DNA of 64,000 nt from the NCBI GenBank assembly GCA_016183065.1, contig JACPFF010000017.1, forward strand, positions 57,550 through 121,549. The letters are read 5' to 3'. Of the stretch, positions 58,112-64,000 are shown in pieces. The stretch is from Deltaproteobacteria bacterium. Its GTDB lineage: Bacteria > UBA10199 > GCA-002796325 > JACPFF01. Within the stretch, counting starts at the first letter, position 1. Each line of letters opens with the position of its first letter. A program made the position numbers and the translations under genes. Below the pieces are notes generated by a model. That model had not been told where the DNA came from. It saw only the letters and a program-made list of their open reading frames with translations, and ran no database searches.

Positions 58112-59890
58112 CTATATTGCTTCCACTGCTCGTATGATCGCATCGATATTTGATGCAGTACGGCCTGAGCGACTGATCAGTACACCGCGGCAATCCGTCC
58201 CCGTTAATTGCCGCAGATGGTCACGTACTCCCTGAAGCAGATCCACACCCGCATAGGATTGCGCAGTATCGTGATTGATGGCATCGACGCAGAGCATCGT
58301 CCCCGGGGTTGATGTGACTGTGAAATACCCGAAATAACCGCCAAGCGTGGTATGATCTCTATTTGTCAATAGGTTGACCATGTAGTGCTCATATAGAATG
58401 CGGCCCGTTTGCTCTCCCTGTCCGCAATCGGATCCAGAATCGATGGCAAATCCCGCGGCCAAGCCGACAACCGGGACAATGAACACTTCATGGCGTTCCG
58501 TATCGTCGATCTGTTCCTCAAAGAATTTTCCCAATGTGCGCATTTTCCGGAGCCATTGATCATACGTTTCCATCAACCCCTTCGTGGTGCGATGCCATGT
58601 GCCGCCCGGTATTCCACGCAAATGTGGAGCCAAAGCCTGGTGTAATTGGCGCAGGGTCGTCGCATTTTGCAATGGAACACTCGCTTTCAGTTCAGCAGAG
58701 AGGGTTGCCAAATGCGTCTTGATCGGTGCGAGAAAGTCCTCAAGGGGATAGTCTGGGAGTCCATGGATCAGTATTTGCGATACGGCCTCATATATTGGCC
58801 GCAATTGACTCATCTTCAATTCCTCTTGGTCAGAGGTGGCCACCAGGGCGTTGGTCAATGTCTCCCATTGGTCCCGATAGTGCGTATGCTGTGACAGTGC
58901 GTGTACGCTGAAGAAGAGGAGGTATTCATTGAATAGGCGCAGGGTCTCGGCATTGCCGAGCTTCCTGTGAAAGAGGGAAGAGGCCATGGCGCGAAGAAGG
59001 TCTGTGTACTTTGTGACGTCGATTGCTGTCGAAGCCTCTCCCGCGAGAGACCACGGAATGCCATGCTGATGTAATGGTGTCGAGCGGTCAGGATCGTAAT
59101 CGAGTTGTAGGTTGCGTAGGAGCTGAAGACGCACGCCATTTGGAATCCCCTCTTCGGCCAGGAAATCGAGGAGCATGCCATCAGGATCCATTTCAATGAA
59201 ATCCCGGTGTGCTGCGAGATCTGTCAGCAAGGGGACTTTGTCCCGTGCGACGGTCTTTGTATCGCGGTAGAGGCCGTGACGCGCGATAAAGCTTCCCTCG
59301 GCAACGTACGGAGGATTCGCCGGGATCTGGACGCCTTCTCTCAATTTTCTGAGGAGCGCTTCCCATGTCTTTTTGTCTGCGCCATGCGTATAACAGACTG
59401 CATGCCGCAATATCACATCGGGGTTCCGGTCCATACGTGGCGGAGGACCATCAATCGCTCGCTGTAATGCGTCCGCACAAGTATACGCGAATTGAGGATC
59501 GAGATCGGCATGGCTTGCAAGCATTGCCACGACTTCCCCATCAGGATGACGCCAGTCCGCAATGTGAGGTTTTGCGAGGAGAACGAGTGCCGCATAGTCC
59601 GGGCCATTTTGGCACGCCTGCAAATACCAGGTATTCACTGCCGCGTGTAAAAAGGGAGGTGTAACGGTCGCGGACGGCCCTGTGGTGGCGGCTCTCCTAA
59701 ACCGCCGGCGCACTGCCGCAAAAACATGGCCGGCGGTTGGCGATCTCCGTGCGTCAGTCGTGATCGTGAAGGAAGACGATTGGTTTGTAGAAGGGCCTCG
59801 CCGACCAACGGGTCTGGCTATATAGCGGGTAAACGGAGACCATGCGCGGCCAATGGTGACAGCGGTTATTCTTCGACAATGAGTACCCAT
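58112..59890 (-). CDS. Hypothetical protein (about 590 aa), upstream of and co-oriented with the sigma-54 activator
   Basis: Long codon-biased ORF. No motif recognised. N-terminal about 90 residues Arg-rich, so the true start may be downstream. Confidence 0.4.
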   Translation of the reverse strand: MGTHCRRITAVTIGRAWSPFTRYIARPVGRRGPSTNQSSSFTITTDARRSPTAGHVFAAVRRRFRRAATTGPSATVTPPFLHAAVNTWYLQACQNGPDYAALVLLAKPHIADWRHPDGEVVAMLASHADLDPQFAYTCADALQRAIDGPPPRMDRNPDVILRHAVCYTHGADKKTWEALLRKLREGVQIPANPPYVAEGSFIARHGLYRDTKTVARDKVPLLTDLAAHRDFIEMDPDGMLLDFLAEEGIPNGVRLQLLRNLQLDYDPDRSTPLHQHGIPWSLAGEASTAIDVTKYTDLLRAMASSLFHRKLGNAETLRLFNEYLLFFSVHALSQHTHYRDQWETLTNALVATSDQEELKMSQLRPIYEAVSQILIHGLPDYPLEDFLAPIKTHLATLSAELKASVPLQNATTLRQLHQALAPHLRGIPGGTWHRTTKGLMETYDQWLRKMRTLGKFFEEQIDDTERHEVFIVPVVGLAAGFAIDSGSDCGQGEQTGRILYEHYMVNLLTNRDHTTLGGYFGYFTVTSTPGTMLCVDAINHDTAQSYAGVDLLQGVRDHLRQLTGTDCRGVLISRSGRTASNIDAIIRAVEAI

Positions 59891-60120
59891 GTCCTCATTA
59901 TCGTCACGAGATGGATAATGTTGCGTCCTCCCCTGGCGTTAGCCCGGGGAGTTGGTTCATTTTTCTTTTTGGAGTTGTTGTTCGGATTCCCGGAAGGTGT
60001 GCACGGACAGTTGGATACGGACTCATTCCGCAATCCACACGAGTGAGATGCAATAGAGACGGAGCAATAAAACAATCGTGACAACAATATGTTGGGAAAT
60101 CTCTCTCTCTGGGAAGTAAT

Positions 60121-60136
60121 TGGCATGTGAATTGCT
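60121..60136 (+). promoter_or_regulatory. Candidate sigma-54 (-24/-12) promoter TGGCAT-N5-TTGCT
   Basis: TGGCATGTGAATTGCT. GG and GC separated by the canonical 10-nt spacing. Lies 16 nt upstream of ATG 60152. Confidence 0.35.
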
Positions 60137-60151
60137 GTGAACGATGCCATC

Positions 60152-61405
60152 ATGCGTCGTCTCTTCATCCTCGCTCTTCTCTCTGTGCACGGTTTTTTCC
60201 CCGGATCTCTGTGTGCGGCCGCACCGACATTGGCCGTGGTTCCCGTGCTCGACGGCAGCAGCGATGACGAAAGCCGGGACCTCGCCCTGGCCTTTGACGA
60301 GGCCCTACAACGGCTCGACTTTGAGACGATTGCGCCGCAGCGGATCGTCGATGTGGTGCAATCGTCATCGACCACGGTACTCGAGGAGCCGGAGGCTGTG
60401 GCAGCCTGTCGTCAGCAGTTTGCGGCCGCCACGGCGGCCTATCTTCGCTTCGAGAATCGAGAGGGAGAGCAATACGCTGCGGCCATTGTTGAGCAGTTTC
60501 AGGGACACCCCGCGTGGCATGCCCTCTACGGCGCGCTCCATTTCGATGCCCTCCTCTTGCTCGCGCTGATCCACCAGTCGGAAAACGATCTCCCGGCCAT
60601 GCAAGCGGCACTGGAGCAGGCGGCGACGGTTGCCCCGCTGTACACCCTGCCGGCCGACCGCTATCCGCCCTCGATCATCCAAGGGTGGCAGGTTGCACAG
60701 GCGCAGCGGCGTCGCACGTCGGTCGGCGACCTGCAGGTCACGAGTGCGCCGCCCGCGGCCGAGGTGCGTCTCGGTGGCGTCGCGATTGGCATGACGCCAC
60801 TGACCGTGCGGGATCTCCCGGCGGGGACCTATCCGGTGGCACTGGTGGCGCCGTCCTATGCTCCCATCACGCGATCGGTGACGGTCCGTCCGGGAAAGGA
60901 AGCGCGATGGCACGCACGACTGCGCTGGAGTGAGGTACAACGTGCCGCATCATCGACTCACGCGCGGAGTGGGGTGGCGCGGGCGCAAGAGGGTTATGCG
61001 TTGGCCGAGCGTCTCAGGGCCGATGGCGTGATTTTTGTCGATGTGGATGAACGACATTCTCGCGGCGAGATCCGCGTGCAATTTGTCGATGCGGTCGAAC
61101 ACGTCATGTTGCGGCCGCTCGCAATTCCCCTGACCAAGGATCGTACGCAATTGGCCGGGGCCCTGTCGCAACTCACACAGCGTCTGTCGAAGGATGTGCG
61201 TCGTGAGGGACCCGTTGCCTTGGCGGCGCTTGAGATGACCGGTACCGAACGGGTCAGCGCATTGACACGCGAGCGGCGCCGGGTCTCGCCATGGGTGTGG
61301 ACTGCCGGGAGTCTGCTGCTCGGTGGTGGGGTGTTGGCCGGCGTGTTACTCACCGGGGGGGGCGGTGGCGCTGGCCTGGGGGCGCTCCTTGTCACCCTGC
61401 ACTAA
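60152..61405 (+). CDS. PEGA-domain secreted protein with C-terminal transmembrane anchor
   Basis: Signal peptide MRRLFILALLSVHGFFPGSLCAAAP. PEGA motif region VTSAPPAAEVRLGGVAIGMTPLTVRDLPAGTYPV. Gly-rich C-terminal TM. Confidence 0.65.
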   Translation: MRRLFILALLSVHGFFPGSLCAAAPTLAVVPVLDGSSDDESRDLALAFDEALQRLDFETIAPQRIVDVVQSSSTTVLEEPEAVAACRQQFAAATAAYLRFENREGEQYAAAIVEQFQGHPAWHALYGALHFDALLLLALIHQSENDLPAMQAALEQAATVAPLYTLPADRYPPSIIQGWQVAQAQRRRTSVGDLQVTSAPPAAEVRLGGVAIGMTPLTVRDLPAGTYPVALVAPSYAPITRSVTVRPGKEARWHARLRWSEVQRAASSTHARSGVARAQEGYALAERLRADGVIFVDVDERHSRGEIRVQFVDAVEHVMLRPLAIPLTKDRTQLAGALSQLTQRLSKDVRREGPVALAALEMTGTERVSALTRERRRVSPWVWTAGSLLLGGGVLAGVLLTGGGGGAGLGALLVTLH

Positions 61406-61415
61406 TGGAGATTTT

Positions 61416-62174
61416 ATGAAATACGGATGTGTCATGCTGGGCGTGCTCTGTGCGGGATGTGGCGGTAGTCCCGCGGGAATGGTCGATGTGGCCGGGACGG
61501 GTGTCCCCGCGCTGGCGATTGTCCTGCATCAGGAGAAAGCGGTCAGTCCGCACCCTTTATCGCTGGTGACGGCATATGACATCACGGTCGAGGGTCCCGA
61601 TTTTGCGCCGATCACGATGACGATCGACGGGACGGCCTCGACAGGGACCGTGGAAGAGATCCCTGCAGGGAGTGCGCGGCGTGTCGAGGTGGTCGCGCGC
61701 AATACGCGTGGTGACATCATTCGTCGCGCCACGGTCGAGGGCGTGACGATTGCCAAGGGACGGGTGGAAACACTCGATGTCACACTCGCGACGGTCCCCA
61801 TTTTTGCCAATCTCACCGAGGGAGTTGTGATCACCAATACACGGCTGCAGCCCGAGGTGCTGATGACCCCGGGAGAAGCCGTGCAGTGTTCGTATGTGGT
61901 CGAGGGAGGTCTTCCACTCCCGCTCTTTGATCTGGCCGCAGAGAGCGACACGCTGGTGACGGATGCCACAGGGGTGGCCACGCTGCACACCGCGCCCCTT
62001 CCGCCCGGGACCTATCGCCTGCAGGTTGCGTCCGTGAACGGGGCCGAGGGTGAGCCGGTGACGATCCATCTGCTCGATGGGCGCCTTCGCACCAGCGCGC
62101 CGCTCTGGAGTGCGGCCGTTGTCTCGGTGCGCGGGAGATGGGTCGTGGGTGGCGCCGCACGGAGTCAGCGATGA
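61416..62174 (+). CDS. Lipoprotein, hypothetical (Ig-like / beta-sandwich)
   Basis: Lipobox MLGVLCAGCGG. Beta-rich composition. Confidence 0.5.
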   Translation: MKYGCVMLGVLCAGCGGSPAGMVDVAGTGVPALAIVLHQEKAVSPHPLSLVTAYDITVEGPDFAPITMTIDGTASTGTVEEIPAGSARRVEVVARNTRGDIIRRATVEGVTIAKGRVETLDVTLATVPIFANLTEGVVITNTRLQPEVLMTPGEAVQCSYVVEGGLPLPLFDLAAESDTLVTDATGVATLHTAPLPPGTYRLQVASVNGAEGEPVTIHLLDGRLRTSAPLWSAAVVSVRGRWVVGGAARSQR

Positions 62175-63910
62175 CCGCCGGGCCATCGCTCTGGCAGCGG
62201 AAAGTCTGCGCGTGGGGAGGCGCTCTGTTCATGGCTGCGTGTGGCGGTGTGACCGAACCGCCGGGCGGGATACCCGGTCCTGTGCCCACGGACGTGCCGT
62301 CGGAGGCCATCGTCGTGAGCGACCTCGACCACGACGGGATTGCGGATGCGGAAGACAACTGCCCTGTGGAACCGAACGCCGCACAGCACGACAGCGATGG
62401 CGATGGCGTGGGCGATGCATGTTCCTCGGATGACGATGGTGACGGCATTGCCGATGTCACGGAAGTGACGCTCTATGGAACGGATCCCACGAAGATCGAT
62501 ACCGATGGCGACGGGTTGAGTGATCCGATCGAGATCTTTTCCACGCAGACCAATCCCCTCAAGAGCGACACAGACGGCGATGGCTACAGTGACAGTCTCG
62601 ATCTCTTTCCCCTCGATTCGGACGAATGGGAGGAGACCGACGGCGATGGGATCGGCGATCAGGGGGATAATTGTCCCGACGCGGAGAATCCTGCGCAGGA
62701 AAACAGCGATCTGGCCTATGCCGCACTCGGCGTCCTTACGCCGTCGGGCGGAGCGATTACGATCGATGCCAAAGGGGATGCCTGCGATGCGGATCGCGAC
62801 GGCGATGGGTTGCATGCGACCTATGTCGATATCGTCCATGGCGATGACAGTCACAACGGCAGTTTCCTCCAGCCGGTGCGGACATTGGCCACCGGGCTCG
62901 CGCTCGCGCAAAAATACAACGATGAAATCCGTCTCGCGGCCGGGACCTATGACATCACCGACATGGCCTGGCCTGATAATCAGACGATCCGCGGGGGCTA
63001 TGTCGCGGGTTTTTCCGCGCGCCAGGTCAAGACGACCGAGGCGCAATTCGCCACGGTGTTGACGAGCAGCGGCTCTGCGACGACCATGCTTCTTTCGGGC
63101 GTCCATGACCTCCGCCTCGATGGCGTCATCATCCGGAATGGAACGTTGGCCAATGAGCGAACGGCCCTCGCGGTGTCCCAGGGGAGCGTCACCTTGATCG
63201 ACACCGTGCTCCATGTGACCGGTGCCGGGTTCCATGCCACGGCCTTGCAGGTCTCCGAGACGAGTGCGGCGACTGTCGATCGCTCCCTGATGCTTGTGGA
63301 AGGTGATCCCCATCTGGCCATCGGGATTGTCGTGAGCGACAGTACCGTGCGTGTCGTCAACTCGCTCGTGCAGATCAGTGGAGCGCGTCATGCCCGCGGA
63401 CTCTCGGTTGCCGGCGCAAGCGGAGAGCTGGTGCATAACACGATCCGTATCGGGACGATGAGTGCCAGTGCGAGCACGGCCTATGGCATTGCATGGTCCG
63501 ACAGTCCCCTGGTCCTCGCAAATACTCTCTTGGCGACCGAGAATGCCACCGACCAGGCGCCGTTGCTGTGCAGTGGCACCACCATGGCCGGGAGCACGGC
63601 GGTCAACAATCTCCTGGCAGCCGCTGGTGGGCAGGGCCTGCAACCGCTCGCCATCGATTGTACCGGGGAATATCTCTATGCCGATGCAATGGCGTCCGGA
63701 GATCTCCCGTTTTCTGGTGCCACACTCATCGGCACGGTGGGGACGACCACGCCCACATTGGCGACGGTACTGCAGGACAATGGTGCCTTGACGGGCCCGC
63801 TCGGGGTCGATCAGGCCGAGATGTCGTTGAGCGCCTACTATAATGTTAGCAAGGACTATTTCAATCAACTGCGACAGGGGGTGTTTGATGTCGGTGCCTT
63901 CGAACAATAG
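62171..63910 (+). CDS. Lipoprotein with thrombospondin type-3 Ca-binding repeats and right-handed parallel beta-helix domain
   Basis: Lipobox LFMAACGG. D-x-D-G-D-G-x-x-D repeats (DSDGDGVGD, DTDGDGLSD, DTDGDGYSD). Beta-helix rungs (LRLDGVIIRNGTLANERTALAVSQGSVTLIDTVLHV). ATGA coupling. Confidence 0.65.
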   Translation: MTAGPSLWQRKVCAWGGALFMAACGGVTEPPGGIPGPVPTDVPSEAIVVSDLDHDGIADAEDNCPVEPNAAQHDSDGDGVGDACSSDDDGDGIADVTEVTLYGTDPTKIDTDGDGLSDPIEIFSTQTNPLKSDTDGDGYSDSLDLFPLDSDEWEETDGDGIGDQGDNCPDAENPAQENSDLAYAALGVLTPSGGAITIDAKGDACDADRDGDGLHATYVDIVHGDDSHNGSFLQPVRTLATGLALAQKYNDEIRLAAGTYDITDMAWPDNQTIRGGYVAGFSARQVKTTEAQFATVLTSSGSATTMLLSGVHDLRLDGVIIRNGTLANERTALAVSQGSVTLIDTVLHVTGAGFHATALQVSETSAATVDRSLMLVEGDPHLAIGIVVSDSTVRVVNSLVQISGARHARGLSVAGASGELVHNTIRIGTMSASASTAYGIAWSDSPLVLANTLLATENATDQAPLLCSGTTMAGSTAVNNLLAAAGGQGLQPLAIDCTGEYLYADAMASGDLPFSGATLIGTVGTTTPTLATVLQDNGALTGPLGVDQAEMSLSAYYNVSKDYFNQLRQGVFDVGAFEQ

Positions 63911-63941
63911 TGCCCATCGCCCCGACCGTGTCGTCCCCGCT

Positions 63942-64000
63942 ATGCTGCGCGGGTTTGGTCTCTTGCTGCTGCTCTTCGGTGGATCCACCACGGCATGTGC
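63942..64000 (+). CDS. 3'-truncated ORF starting with lipoprotein-type signal (MLRGFGLLLLLFGGSTTAC)
   Basis: ATG 63942 followed by hydrophobic stretch and Cys, runs off the window. Confidence 0.3.
   Translation, partial: MLRGFGLLLLLFGGSTTAC

Noticed and set aside
1-64000. CRISPR arrays, rRNA genes, integrase or transposase genes
   Set aside because: No regularly spaced direct repeats, no rRNA-like conserved blocks, and no recognisable transposase, integrase or RAYT ORF were seen in this window.

Overview
High-GC (~60%) chromosomal segment from a Gram-negative bacterium. Lnt, Slt, SecDF-YajC, FeoAB, many lipoproteins, a PEGA-domain protein, thrombospondin-type repeats and Myxococcota-style CxGxDNDCDGxxDEG cysteine-rich repeats suggest a delta-proteobacterial or Myxococcota-like lineage, but this cannot be pinned down from sequence alone. 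Most of the window is densely packed housekeeping and accessory genes. There are scattered queuosine genes (queE, tgt, queC, queG). A propionyl-CoA carboxylase, methylmalonyl-CoA epimerase and mutase cluster is interrupted by a 1573-aa cysteine-rich secreted protein. Four toxin-antitoxin-type modules are present (hipA with a downstream HTH, a YjjJ-like HTH-fused HipA kinase, mntA/hepT, abiEi/abiEii). An AT-rich island sits at ~53.9-56.3 kb. One tRNA-Ala(CGC) is present. The most unusual signals are not protein genes. (1) A family of ~110-150 nt GC-rich palindromic elements made of several hairpins occurs in at least 3 copies. The stems carry compensatory base changes between copies, and one copy is inserted in-frame inside a cupin-domain gene, as in RPE, REP or MITE elements. 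(2) A different AT-rich 65-nt hairpin element occurs in two inverted copies, one of them in the promoter of a DtxR-family regulator. Other notable points: a free-standing subtilase propeptide (I9-like) paralogue next to the subtilase; a shared extreme C-terminal G-x-C-T-L-I-P tag on two unrelated secreted proteins; and a near-consensus sigma-54 promoter beside a sigma-54 activator gene. No CRISPR array or rRNA was seen. Gene starts are inferred from signal peptides, RBS-like purine runs and ATGA/ATGTGA coupling overlaps. All homology statements are from motif recognition without database access.
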